Assembly (NCBI GenBank): GCA_963798085.1
Contig: CAWCRS010000003.1
Location: forward strand, 1 to 64,000
DNA: 64,000 nt
Reading direction: 5' to 3'
From: an uncultured Gemmatimonadales bacterium
Lineage (GTDB): Bacteria > Gemmatimonadota > Gemmatimonadetes > Longimicrobiales > RSA9
Position 1 is the stretch's first letter. Each line of letters begins with the position of its first letter. The notes beneath the pieces are model-generated. The model did no database searches and was not told the origin of the DNA. It worked only from the letters and a program-made list of their open reading frames with translations. The translations under genes and the position numbers were made by a program. Of the stretch, positions 31,143 through 40,855 are shown one piece after another.

Positions 31143-32312
31143 CTAGAGAATCGATTGAATGTAGATGCGACCATCGAACACGTAGGCGACGAATTCGCCG
31201 GTGCGTGAGAGCGCCAGCTGTTCACCGCCTTCGGTTCCCTTGACGACGCCGACCACGGTTTCCACGCGTGTGACGAGATCCACGTGGTGCAGCACCGACT
31301 GTCCGAAAATACACTGGCCACCGCGATTCACCTTGAGGCACTCGTGCACCCAGATGACGAAGCTGCGGCTGTCACCGGACCATGACCAGTTCGCGTAGTC
31401 CGGCTGCCGCATCAGCACCGTGGGCTGTGGCGCCCAGACGGTGCTCGCAGTGCCGGTGGTGAGATCGCGCTGCCGGAAGCGCCCGGTCGCCACATATAGA
31501 ACGTGTATGCCGCCCTCATCCCAGTGCACGATGAGGGGCGTGCTGTTGATCTCGGGCGGCGTAATGGCAACGGCACTGAGCTGGCCCGTACTCAGATCGA
31601 CCATGGCGTAGCCGCCATCGCGCGGTCCATCCTTGCGGCAGATCAGGGTGGCGGCATTGGGGGCGAAGACGACGACGCGGACGCAGCCGGTCGCCACGAA
31701 GCGACGCGTCGCGCTCGCCACATTGAAGATGAACAGCGAATCCGGCTGCACGATGTAGCCGGCGACGAGATCGTTCGGGCCGCCCAGCACGAGCTTGCCA
31801 TCCACGGTACCGAGCGGCTTCGTGGCGGGTGCGCGATCCGTGAGCACGGTCAGTGTGCCGCCGGCCGCGCGATAGGCTACATTGTGGCCGTCCTGTCGCT
31901 CGACGAAGTAGACGGCGCCGCCCATGCCCGCGGCGCTGAGGTCCTCGTGGTCGCGTGGTCCATCGACCACACGCGTGCCGCTGGGCGAGCTGGCCGCGCG
32001 CACGGAACTGTCGCTCGCCTGGAAGTAGACTTCCCCGGCATCGGGCGCCCAGAGCAATGTCGCATTGAAGCTCACATCTTCGGTGCCGGCCAGCGCGGTG
32101 CCCAGCTGCTCGGGCAGCTCATCGGCGGAGAAGGTGGGATCCTTCACATTGCAGTCGCTGCCGAGGAAGCAGCAGAGCACTGCAGCAGCGATGCGCACGG
32201 CGTGCAGTGGACGGGGCGCGGATGTCGGCGCAACGGGCGCGGGCAGCGCGGCCGCCTCCGCCGCCATGCGCGTCGCGTGCGGCGACAGCACTGTGGGTTG
32301 TGACTGCCTCAC
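31143..32312 (-). CDS. Lipoprotein, beta-propeller, paralog of the adjacent gene
   Basis: Shares DGPRD, GCxRVVVF, WVHECLK..C..GQS.LH and LALS.TG..VAY.FDG blocks with 30039..31124. Confidence 0.7.
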   Translation of the reverse strand: MRQSQPTVLSPHATRMAAEAAALPAPVAPTSAPRPLHAVRIAAAVLCCFLGSDCNVKDPTFSADELPEQLGTALAGTEDVSFNATLLWAPDAGEVYFQASDSSVRAASSPSGTRVVDGPRDHEDLSAAGMGGAVYFVERQDGHNVAYRAAGGTLTVLTDRAPATKPLGTVDGKLVLGGPNDLVAGYIVQPDSLFIFNVASATRRFVATGCVRVVVFAPNAATLICRKDGPRDGGYAMVDLSTGQLSAVAITPPEINSTPLIVHWDEGGIHVLYVATGRFRQRDLTTGTASTVWAPQPTVLMRQPDYANWSWSGDSRSFVIWVHECLKVNRGGQCIFGQSVLHHVDLVTRVETVVGVVKGTEGGEQLALSRTGEFVAYVFDGRIYIQSIL

Positions 32313-32617
32313 TCCTGCGCGTTCTTTCTGCCGGGCCCGACGAGCTTGCGCTGGAACTCGAGTTCCTCGACGAGGCGCGCGACATCTTCCTTGATGCCGC
32401 TGACGTTCTGCACTTCCTGTTCGAGCAGTGCGATCCTCCGCTCCAGCAGGGTAATGGCCTCGTTCTTCGCGCCAGATTCGCGCAGCCGCGCCAGGCTTTC
32501 GACAATGGGCCTCATGGCGAAGCGCGCGGTGAAACCGGCAACCGGGATCAATACCATCAGCGAGCCCATGACAATGCCCGCGAGCGCAGTAAAATCTATG
32601 TACTGGGCGGGCGGCAT
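32309..32617 (-). CDS. Small membrane protein with one TM and a coiled coil
   Basis: N-terminal hydrophobic helix, LERRIALLEQEV..LVEELEFQRKL; GGAG RBS; GTGA overlap with downstream gene. Confidence 0.7.
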   Translation of the reverse strand: MPPAQYIDFTALAGIVMGSLMVLIPVAGFTARFAMRPIVESLARLRESGAKNEAITLLERRIALLEQEVQNVSGIKEDVARLVEELEFQRKLVGPGRKNAQE

Positions 32618-32782
32618 GCGGTTCTCCGGTGCGATCGCCCCTGCAACGGGGGCGCAGAGTGCGGCGTCGTCATGGCCTTCGTCCTTCAAGATCGCGTGGA
32701 TGCCGGGGTTACGGCAAGGTGACTGGACTGCCGCCGGCGTCTGACATAGCTTGCGGTTGCACCTCGAAGACCTGCATTCCGA

Positions 32783-35541
32783 ATGCTTTCAATACTACTC
32801 GCACTGATTGCGCTCACCGGGGCCCTGCCTCCCCGGCAGGTTGATGCCATCACCCGGGTGCGCGCGATCGTGCAGCAGGCCACGCTCGCGGTCAACGGCG
32901 ATTCGGCAGCGCGTGTGCGCGAACGCTGGGCGATGGCAGGCGGGAACGACGGCGAAGCGCAGCTCGGCCTCGCCACATTGGCCCGACTCACGTACGACTT
33001 CACGGATGCGGAGCGGCGCTACACGAGGCTGCTGGGCGATGCGGAGCCGACGACGCCGCTGCAGCTGTACGCCGCGCTCGGTCGGGCACTGTCACTGGCG
33101 CAGCGCTGGCAATCGGAGCCCGCACTTGCTGGATTCCGTGTTGCCTATGCGGCCGCGAAGCGGCTCGCGGATGCGCGTGGCCAAACAGAAGCGCTGCTGG
33201 GCATGACCGGCTACATTCGCGCGCCGCAGGTGCGGATTCGGCGCTCGCGCTGCTGGCCGCCGCCGCACGCGCGCTGCCTGCGCAGGATGAAGTGCTGCGC
33301 GGCGGCGTGCGCTGTTCCCAGGCATTGATCTACAGCTCAGTGGCGCCGGCCCGGGCGGACACGGCGGCAAATGAAGGGATGCGCCTGCTGCAGCGTGGTG
33401 GCGATGATCGCATGATCGCGCGCTGCTGGGGCGTGCTCGCCCGTGTCAACGAAGTGCTGGGTTATCAGCTCAAGGCAGCGGAGGCGGCGAACACCGGACT
33501 CGCTCTCGCGCTGCGTGTACACGACCTCGAAGGCGCTGCCGCGCTCGCGCAGTTCCTGGCCTATGAGGAGATCCAGTACGGCGTGCGTTTCGACGCCAGC
33601 CGGCGCTCCGCGCAGCAGGCGATTGCGTACGGCACGCGCTCCGGCAATGTGCTGGCGGTGGGCTGGGCCGAGCTGAATCTGGCGCAGCTTGCCGTGCGTC
33701 TGAGTGACGGCCGCACCGCACTGCGCCACATTGACAGCGCGCAGGCCGTGCTGCGCACGATCGGTGATGTGGTGGGGATGGGCGCCGCGTTCGTCGTGGC
33801 CGGCGATGCGGCGCAGGGCACGGGGCAGTACGCGAGGGCGGCGGCCAGCTACGATTCCGCGGCCGCACTGTATGCGCGCCTCAATTTTGGCGCGGCGCGA
33901 CCCTCGATCCTGTTCCGCCAGGCGAGCCTGGAGCTGGCCGCCGGGCATCTCGACGAAGCCACCGCCCGCCTGGACGAAGGCGTCAGCCTGGCACAGCGTT
34001 ATCACCTGGCCGGCCTGGTCGACACGGATGCGCATTACCTGCGCGGCGCACTGGCGCTGCGGCGCAGTCATTTCGACGTTGCGATCCGCGAGTTGCAGAC
34101 CTATCTCGGCCAGTTCACGAGCCTGAACGCGCAGTACCTCTTCGATGGGCGGATGCGGCTGGCCGAGGCGTACGCCAGTGCTGGTCGGCTGGATGATGCG
34201 GTGCGCACGCTGGACGAGGGATTCCTCGCGCTCGACCGCGTGCGTTCGTACCTCGACGACCGCGATGCGCGCGTGGTTGTGCTGCAGAGCCGGCGCCTCG
34301 AGTTCGATCCCGACCTGGGCATTGCGACGATCGTGAACACGCTGGCGCGCGCGGGGCGGCTGGAGACTGCGTTCCGCGTGGCCGAGGCGCAGCGTTCGCG
34401 CTATCTGTGGGAGCAGGTGGTGCGCCGGGGCGCGCTGGCCGGCGACATTGATGCGAGCAGCGCGAAGCGGGCTGAGCGTCTGGTGCCCGTGCCCATGGAC
34501 ATCGACCAGCTGCGCACGGCACTGCCTGATTCCACCGCGGTCATCGAGTACGTGACCGGTCGTGGCAACGAGCCTACCACGGCGTTTGTGGTTTCGGCTG
34601 TAGGAGCGTGGTCGATCTCGATGACGGCGGCGGACTCGCTGGTGGACGAAATCGATCGCTTCACGCAGGCGCTGCAGAGCGGTGCGCGGGCCGGTACGCT
34701 GGCGAGGCTGCTGGCGCAGGCAGTGCTCGATCCCGCGCTGGCGCTGCTGCCGTCGAGCGCGACACGCATTGTGCTCGTGCCCGATGGACCGTTGCACCGG
34801 CTGCCGTTCGACGCACTGACACTGCGCGACGGCCGCGCCGTGCTGGAGCACTACACGCTGACACTCTCGCCGTCGAGCCGGCTGGCGCGTGCGTTCTGGG
34901 CCGCCGCACCCGATGCACACACGAGCGGACTGCTGGCACTGGGTGGCGCGGTATTCCCGCCCGCGTCGGGGCTGGCTCCGCTGAACGCGAGCGCGGCCGA
35001 GGTGCGCGCAATTGGTCGCCTGGCGAGTCCTGCCGACATACGCGTGGGCGAGCGCGCCAGCGAGTCCGCGCTCAAGCACGCGGACTGGACCCGCTTTGCC
35101 GTGCTGCACCTGGCGACGCACGCGCAGGTCGAGGACTGGGGCGTGCTTTCCAGCGCGCTTTTCCTGAGTGCAGGCGATGGCGAAGACGGTCGCATGGGTG
35201 TCGAGGAGATTGCCGGGCTGCCGCTCGATGAACAGCTGGTGGTACTGTCGGCCTGTCGCACGGTGGGAGGCGCTCTGGTCAGCGGTGAAGGCATCGAGGG
35301 TCTCACCGCGCCCTTCCTGGAAGCGGGCGCGCGCGCCGTGGCCGCCACCTACTGGCCTATCAGTGATCGCGCGATTGTCGCGCTCATGACAGGGCTGTAC
35401 ACGGAACTGGGGCATGGCCTGCAGGTGGGTGATGCGCTGCGCCAAGCGAAGCTCGCGTCACTGCGCGCCGGTGATCCGCCATCGGTATGGGCCTCGCTCA
35501 CGCTCACCGGCGACGGCCGCATGAGGCCGCGGCTGCGCTGA
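32783..35541 (+). CDS. Exported TPR-CHAT (caspase-like) protease, frameshift near 33225
   Basis: Signal-peptide-like N-terminus, TPR-like helices, CHAT motifs VPDGPLHRLPFDAL, LHLATHA, LVVLSAC, GEGIEGL..FLEAGA, WPISD, WASLTLTG. Confidence 0.88.
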
Positions 35542-35551
35542 GCGCGCGCGC

Positions 35552-36172
35552 TCACTGCTGCAGTGTGACGTGCCGGGCCGGCGTGCTGCGGTCGGTGCCG
35601 TCGCGCAAGCGGGCGGTTACCCACCAGCGATAGGAGCCGGTGACCACCTTTCCGCCGGCAGGCAGGACTAGCAGCGTGTCAGTCACGGTGCTGTCGAGCA
35701 CGGCCATGCCTTCCTCATCGATCAGCTGCAGGCGATAGGTCTCGGCGCCGGATACGCGCTGCCACGTGAACCTGGCGGCCGCGGTAATGCGGGCATCCGC
35801 GGCGGGAGCCAGAAGGAAATCGTCGCCTGCACTGCGCATGACATCAGGCGCGACCGGGTGCGTGGCCCGCCATATCAGTGCGGCACCGAACACGACGATG
35901 ATCGCGGCTGCGGCCGTGAGCCAGGTGGGCAGCCAGTGGCGGGGCGCAGGCCGCTGGCGGGTCAGCTCTCGGAAGAACTCGAATTCCGCGGCGGTGCGGG
36001 CGTCGGCGAGCACGGCTTCGAGCTGTTCCGCGCGATCATCCTCGCGATACTCACCGGCAGCGAGCGCCTGCACGCGCTCGACGGGAATGTCGGGTGGATC
36101 CGTCTCGCGCGCACGCCTGGCGAGCAGCTTGGTGTACGCCGCGCGCAGCCGGTCTTCGCCTGTTTCAGTCAC
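35552..36172 (-). CDS. Putative transmembrane anti-sigma factor with extracytoplasmic Ig/Fn3-like domain
   Basis: Overlaps the sigma gene stop; about 80 aa cytoplasmic domain, one TM (WLTAAAAIIVVFGAALIW), then FTW..YRLQL..YRWWVTA beta domain. Confidence 0.7.
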   Translation of the reverse strand: MTETGEDRLRAAYTKLLARRARETDPPDIPVERVQALAAGEYREDDRAEQLEAVLADARTAAEFEFFRELTRQRPAPRHWLPTWLTAAAAIIVVFGAALIWRATHPVAPDVMRSAGDDFLLAPAADARITAAARFTWQRVSGAETYRLQLIDEEGMAVLDSTVTDTLLVLPAGGKVVTGSYRWWVTARLRDGTDRSTPARHVTLQQ

Positions 36173-36737
36173 GGCCGCCTGCCTGTTTCAGGTTTTCGCG
36201 CAGATCCGTGAGCCCGCGATACAGGAGGTTTCTCGCCTTGCCCTGTGTCCAGCCCATGATGTTCGCGATTTCGTCGAGATGATGGCCGCGCAGGTGCAGG
36301 CGGACGGCGGGCCGGCGCGATGCGGGCACCTGCGCGAGCGCACGCTCGAGCGCAGCGACGAGATCGGTCTCCTGCGTATCGATGGCACCCGTGTCGACCA
36401 GCTCGTCGGCGACCAGCTCGAGAGGAACGCGGCGTTCATGACGCTCGACGCGACGGCGCCGGACCAGGTCGATCGCCGCCGAGACGGCAGCGCGATACAC
36501 GTAACCGGGCGAGATGGCCGCGCTCTCGCCCTCGCGCTCCAGCATGCGCCAGAGGCGCAGCCGGATGTCCTGCGTCAACTCGTCGCTGTCCGCGCCGCTG
36601 ATGCGATAGCGCGCCGCCGCCCGGCGGATGATGCCCACCCAGCGCTCGACCAGGCCTTCGATGACGGCTGACGTGCGCTCGCTGCTGCGCGGCACTTCCG
36701 CGCGGCGCGATTCCGCCGGGGACGCGTCCTCGCTCAT
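36165..36737 (-). CDS. ECF-family RNA polymerase sigma factor
   Basis: DELTQDIRLRLW, YVYRAAVSAAIDLVRR, LDEIANIMGWTQGKARNLLYRGL. Confidence 0.88.
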   Translation of the reverse strand: MSEDASPAESRRAEVPRSSERTSAVIEGLVERWVGIIRRAAARYRISGADSDELTQDIRLRLWRMLEREGESAAISPGYVYRAAVSAAIDLVRRRRVERHERRVPLELVADELVDTGAIDTQETDLVAALERALAQVPASRRPAVRLHLRGHHLDEIANIMGWTQGKARNLLYRGLTDLRENLKQAGGRD

Positions 36738-36983
36738 GCGGGCAAGGTATCGCGCCGCAATGCGTGCTGCCAACGCAGCCTGTGGTACCCGCCGACCCCG
36801 GGCCGGCTCGGTTCCGCATGGCATCGACTCCCCGGCGCAGACGCCGCTGCTGGTGACCGTTGTATGTCAGGTTGTCTCCACAGGAATGACGCGGCGGTTC
36901 GCCGTTATTCTCATGTCCGTGCGGTCTTCCGCCCCGGACCGCCGATCGTTGTGCCGGCGGGACGCCCCAACCTTCACGCCGTC

Positions 36984-37009
36984 GCAACTGTCCAATACTC
37001 TGGCGCGTA
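36984..37009 (+). promoter_or_regulatory. ECF promoter candidate GCAAC-N17-CGTA
   Basis: GCAACtgtccaatactctggcgCGTA 27 nt upstream of ATG 37037. Confidence 0.5.
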
Positions 37010-37036
37010 GTCAGGAAAACGACCGGAGGTAGTGCA

Positions 37037-37831
37037 ATGGTTCGGGCTGTTGTGGTGCTGGCTCTGCTGGGCTCCGCGGCTTCTGCCGCAGCGCAGCAAT
37101 CGAGGCGGGATGAGGATTGTCGTTACGAAGCCCGTCGCGACGATGCGGTGCGTGCTTCGACGCGTGATCTGCTCCACCTGATCGCACGCGCCGGCTCGCT
37201 CAAGGTGACGGGCCGCGAGGGAGCGAGCGAGGTGCGTATCAGCGGGCGGGCGTGCGCGTCGAGCCGCGATCTGCTGGATCAGCTGCAGCTGAAGACGTCG
37301 CGGTCCGGCTCGACGGTGAACGTCGAAGTGCCGGAGATCGACCAGGATGGCTGGCGAGGCAACCAGTACGCCCGCCTCGACCTGGACATCGAAGTGCCCG
37401 CAGGCATGGCGGCGGAGATCGAGGACGGCAGTGGTGCCACCGAGCTGACCGGTCTGGGTGCACTGCAGGTGACGGATGGTTCGGGCGAGCTGACCATCTC
37501 GGATGTGAAGGGCGCCGTGCGCGTACACGATGGCTCGGGCGAGCTGGTCATACGCGGCGTGGATGGCAACGTGAGTGTGGCTGACGGATCAGGCGAGATC
37601 CAGGTCCAGCACGTCACCGGCTCGGTGACCATTCACGATGGCTCGGGCAGCATTGAAGTGACGGATGTTGAAGGTGACGTCAGCGTGCCCGAGGACGGAT
37701 CCGGCAGCATTGATGTGTCGGACGTGCGCGGCGACCTGACGGTGTCCGCCAAGGGCAGCGGCAGTGTGCACTATGCGCGTGTTGGCGGGCGCGTGGATGT
37801 ACCGGAGCGCGAGCACCGCCGCCGTCGCTGA
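37037..37831 (+). CDS. Secreted DUF4097-like beta-strand repeat protein
   Basis: Signal peptide; about 19-aa repeats DGSG.I.I..V.G.V.V; GGAGG RBS. Confidence 0.85.
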   Translation: MVRAVVVLALLGSAASAAAQQSRRDEDCRYEARRDDAVRASTRDLLHLIARAGSLKVTGREGASEVRISGRACASSRDLLDQLQLKTSRSGSTVNVEVPEIDQDGWRGNQYARLDLDIEVPAGMAAEIEDGSGATELTGLGALQVTDGSGELTISDVKGAVRVHDGSGELVIRGVDGNVSVADGSGEIQVQHVTGSVTIHDGSGSIEVTDVEGDVSVPEDGSGSIDVSDVRGDLTVSAKGSGSVHYARVGGRVDVPEREHRRRR

Positions 37832-37855
37832 AGGCGCGTTACCCGGCGTGATCCT

Positions 37856-37894
37856 GCCGACCGCGGCCGAGATGTGGCCGCGGTCGGCTTTTTT
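37856..37894 (+). terminator. Intrinsic terminator
   Basis: 13-bp perfect stem gccgaccgcggcc-gagatgt-ggccgcggtcggc followed by T6. Confidence 0.9.
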
Positions 37895-37994
37895 CGTGCA
37901 TCACACTTCCGCCAGTGCGGGTGGCGCTCGCAGATTCGGGAATGCAGCCGACCGGGCGGCTGCGCCGATCCGTTCCCCATTGGCTCGCATCGCG

Positions 37995-39188
37995 ATGGTC
38001 GATCACAAGTCAGCAGATCCGCTGCGCGAATACCGGCGCAAACGTGATTTCGGGAAGACCAGCGAACCGCGCGGCGAAGTGCGGCGCGAGCGTGCCGCGG
38101 ACGCGCGCCTCGAGTTCGTCATCCAGAAGCATGATGCGACCAACCTGCACTTCGATCTGCGCCTCGAGCTGGATGGCGTGATGAAGAGCTGGGCCGTGCC
38201 GCGCGGCCTGACGCTCGACACCGCGACCAGACGTCTCGCCATGGAGGTGGAAGACCATCCCATGGAATACAACTGGTTCGAGGGCACGATTCCCGGCGGC
38301 GCGTACGGTGGCGGTACGGTCATGCTATGGGATCGCGGCCTGTACTACGCCGATGAGGCGGAGCCCGGCGAGGATGAGCAGGCTGTGCTGCGCCGGGAGC
38401 ACGCAGCGGGCAAGATGAGCTTCACGTTCGTGGGTGAACGCCTGCACGGGTCGTATGCGCTGGTGCGCACGGAGGCGGGCGCCAAGCCGAAATGGCTGCT
38501 GATCAAGCATCGCGACCGCAGCGTGCAGTCCGGCGTGGACCCCACACAGCTGTACACGACATCGATCGTGACGGGCCGATCGCTGGACGAGATCGCGCTC
38601 GAGGATGCGACCGATGGCTTTCAGGATGCCGGTGTGGCCGCGACGCTCTATCGCTATGCCAGCGACCCGCCCTCCGGCCGCGGCTGGGCCTACGAGCCGG
38701 CCATCCGCGGGGCCCGTCTGCACGTGTACGTCACGCCGGATGTGCTGCGCGTGGTGAGCGCGGTGCCGGGTGCGGCACAGAAGTGGCGAGGCCTGGCGGA
38801 GGAACTGAAGCGCTGGGCGGCGGAGCACGATCGGTCCTTCGTGCTGGATGGCGAAATCGCGGAAGCGAGTGGTGGCACGCTCGTGCTGCACGTGTTCGAT
38901 CTGCTGTTCGAGGATGGCGCAGTGCTGCTGGAGCTGCCCTGGACGGAGCGGCGCAAGCGGCTGGAGAAACTGCTGCAGGCGATCGCGCCCCGGCACACGG
39001 TGTTAGTGCCGGTCGTGCGGCGGGGCGTCAGGGCCGCGCTGGAGCAGGCGCACGCCGGGCACTGGGCGGGACTCGTGGCCAAGCGCAAGGACTCGCCTTA
39101 CCGCTCGGGCGAGCGCACCGGCGACTGGATCAAGGTGGTCTTTCCGGGCCGGCCTTTCGTGCTGCCGGCGGGCAAGCCCAGACCCTAA
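37995..39188 (+). CDS. LigD 3'-phosphoesterase domain fused to a degenerate ATP-dependent ligase adenylation domain
   Basis: FVIQKHDATNLHFDLRLE, KSWAVPRG, VEDHP, YGGGTVMLWDRG; then LDGEI, FDLL, AKRKDSPYRSG.R..DWIKV. Confidence 0.85.
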   Translation: MVDHKSADPLREYRRKRDFGKTSEPRGEVRRERAADARLEFVIQKHDATNLHFDLRLELDGVMKSWAVPRGLTLDTATRRLAMEVEDHPMEYNWFEGTIPGGAYGGGTVMLWDRGLYYADEAEPGEDEQAVLRREHAAGKMSFTFVGERLHGSYALVRTEAGAKPKWLLIKHRDRSVQSGVDPTQLYTTSIVTGRSLDEIALEDATDGFQDAGVAATLYRYASDPPSGRGWAYEPAIRGARLHVYVTPDVLRVVSAVPGAAQKWRGLAEELKRWAAEHDRSFVLDGEIAEASGGTLVLHVFDLLFEDGAVLLELPWTERRKRLEKLLQAIAPRHTVLVPVVRRGVRAALEQAHAGHWAGLVAKRKDSPYRSGERTGDWIKVVFPGRPFVLPAGKPRP

Positions 39189-39195
39189 CGCACGG

Positions 39196-40263
39196 TCAGT
39201 CGTTCTTGCGCTTGAGGTGCGCCTTGTACGCGCGGTCGGCCGCGCGATGGCTGCGCTTGCGCGCACTGGCCGCGTGCACGTCCGTGCGCGCCTCCAGCTG
39301 TCTGGCTTCGGCGAGCAGGCCTCGCCAGCTCTCCAGCCGGGCCGCGTCGAGGGTACCATCCCTGACCGCGGCCACAACCGCGCAATCCGGCTCATTGGAA
39401 TGACCGCAGTCGCGGAAGCGACACTGCCCGGCCAGCTCCGCGATATCCGCGAACGCGTCGTCGATTTCATCCTCACCGGCCCACAGCTGCAGCTCACGCA
39501 GGCCGGGCGTGTCGAGCAGCAGCGCACCCGAGGGCGTGGGCACCAGCTCGCGCCGTGTCGTGGTGTGCCGCCCTCGCCCATCGGCACGCACCTCGCCGGT
39601 GCGCATACGATCCTCACCCAGCAGCGCGTTGATGAGCGTGGATTTGCCCACACCCGAAGATCCCAGCAGCGCCACCGTGCAACCGGGCGCGAGCCATTGG
39701 CGCAATCCTTCCACGCCTTCGCCGGTCAGCGACGACACGCGCACCACAGGCAGTGTGTCGGGCAGTGCGCCGACGTCATCGTGGTCGGGCGAGGGCACCA
39801 GATCGCTCTTGGACAGCACGAGCACCGGCTGTGCGCCGCTGCGTTCGGCGAGGGCGAGATAACGCTCAATGCGGCGGGGGTTCACATCGCCATCGAGCGC
39901 ACTGACGAGGAAGACGACATCCACATTGGCAGCGATGACCTGCTCCACGGTCGCGCGACCTGCTGCCTTGCGCGTGAACTCCGACCGGCGAGGCAGGACG
40001 GCGCGGATCACGAAGGGGCCGCTCGAGGCCGGCTCCGCGGCGACCCAGTCACCCACCGCGGGCAGATCGACCGCGCGCGAATCGCGCCGCAAGCGGCCCG
40101 GCAGCACTGCCTTGTGCTCGCCCTGCGCCGTGTAGAGCAGCCAGGCATTGCGATGCTGTACCGCAACGCGCGCAGCGATGAGTCCCTGCTCCGCATAGGG
40201 CGTGAACGCGCTGGCGAAATGGGAGTTCCAGCCCAGGGCTTCGAGTGCGACGTTATCCTGCAT
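39196..40263 (-). CDS. rsgA: Ribosome small subunit-dependent GTPase A
   Basis: PAVGDWV, IAANVD, LSKSDL, GSSGVGKSTL, GRHTTT, DTPGLRE, CRFRDCGHSNEPDCAV. Confidence 0.95.
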   Translation of the reverse strand: MQDNVALEALGWNSHFASAFTPYAEQGLIAARVAVQHRNAWLLYTAQGEHKAVLPGRLRRDSRAVDLPAVGDWVAAEPASSGPFVIRAVLPRRSEFTRKAAGRATVEQVIAANVDVVFLVSALDGDVNPRRIERYLALAERSGAQPVLVLSKSDLVPSPDHDDVGALPDTLPVVRVSSLTGEGVEGLRQWLAPGCTVALLGSSGVGKSTLINALLGEDRMRTGEVRADGRGRHTTTRRELVPTPSGALLLDTPGLRELQLWAGEDEIDDAFADIAELAGQCRFRDCGHSNEPDCAVVAAVRDGTLDAARLESWRGLLAEARQLEARTDVHAASARKRSHRAADRAYKAHLKRKND

Positions 40264-40375
40264 GCAGTTTCGCCTGTCTGCGTGGTCCCGGCCTGATGGC
40301 CGGCGCGCGCGCAATGTCCGTGAATAGCGGCGTCCAGTGAAAACGCCGGTGGAAACGTGACGTCGCGGGCGGCGC

Positions 40376-40405
40376 TTGACCCTCCGCCGCGGCATCTTCT
40401 AAGCT
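40376..40405 (+). promoter_or_regulatory. Sigma70-like promoter TTGACC-N18-TAAGCT, likely leaderless transcript
   Basis: -10 element ends 6 nt before ATG 40412; no SD sequence. Confidence 0.45.
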
Positions 40406-40411
40406 TCGGGC

Positions 40412-40855
40412 ATGACCGTGCTGCGTCCCCTCATACTCGTCTGTCTCGCAGTGCTGGGCGGTGTGCTCCCGGCCTCCGGCCAGGACGACTCGCCCGAGCG
40501 CACGGCGAGAGACAGCGTGTTCTCCACCGCTCAGGCGGACCGCGGTGAGGGCGTGTTTGCCCGCGTGTGCGCGCAGTGTCATACCCGCAAACAGTTCACG
40601 GAGAGCATTCACAAGAACTGGGAGGGTCGCACCTTCTACGAGGTTTTCGAGCAGCTGCGCAGCACCATGCCCAACGATAATCCCGGCGGTCTCAGTCGCG
40701 GGCAGTACATTGATGTGCTGGTCTACCTGCTCAGGGAATGCGGCTATCCTGCGGGCCGCAACGATCTCGGGCCGGGCGAATCGAGTCTGCGTTCCGTGCG
40801 CATCGTGCCGCTGGCACCGACCGGGCCCGCGCCGCACGCCTCGCCGCCGGCCTGA
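40412..40855 (+). CDS. Monoheme cytochrome c
   Basis: Signal peptide, QADRGEGVF..CAQCH, TMPNDNPG. Confidence 0.88.
   Translation: MTVLRPLILVCLAVLGGVLPASGQDDSPERTARDSVFSTAQADRGEGVFARVCAQCHTRKQFTESIHKNWEGRTFYEVFEQLRSTMPNDNPGGLSRGQYIDVLVYLLRECGYPAGRNDLGPGESSLRSVRIVPLAPTGPAPHASPPA

Noticed and set aside
33337..35445. Long antisense ORFs (e.g. 702 aa here, 41144..42676, 11516..12700)
   Set aside because: Shadow frames of real genes in high-GC DNA with no recognisable motifs.
32783..36737. Type III-E CRISPR Craspase locus
   Set aside because: No Cas7-11 or array is seen and the protease looks exported; the link is an analogy only.
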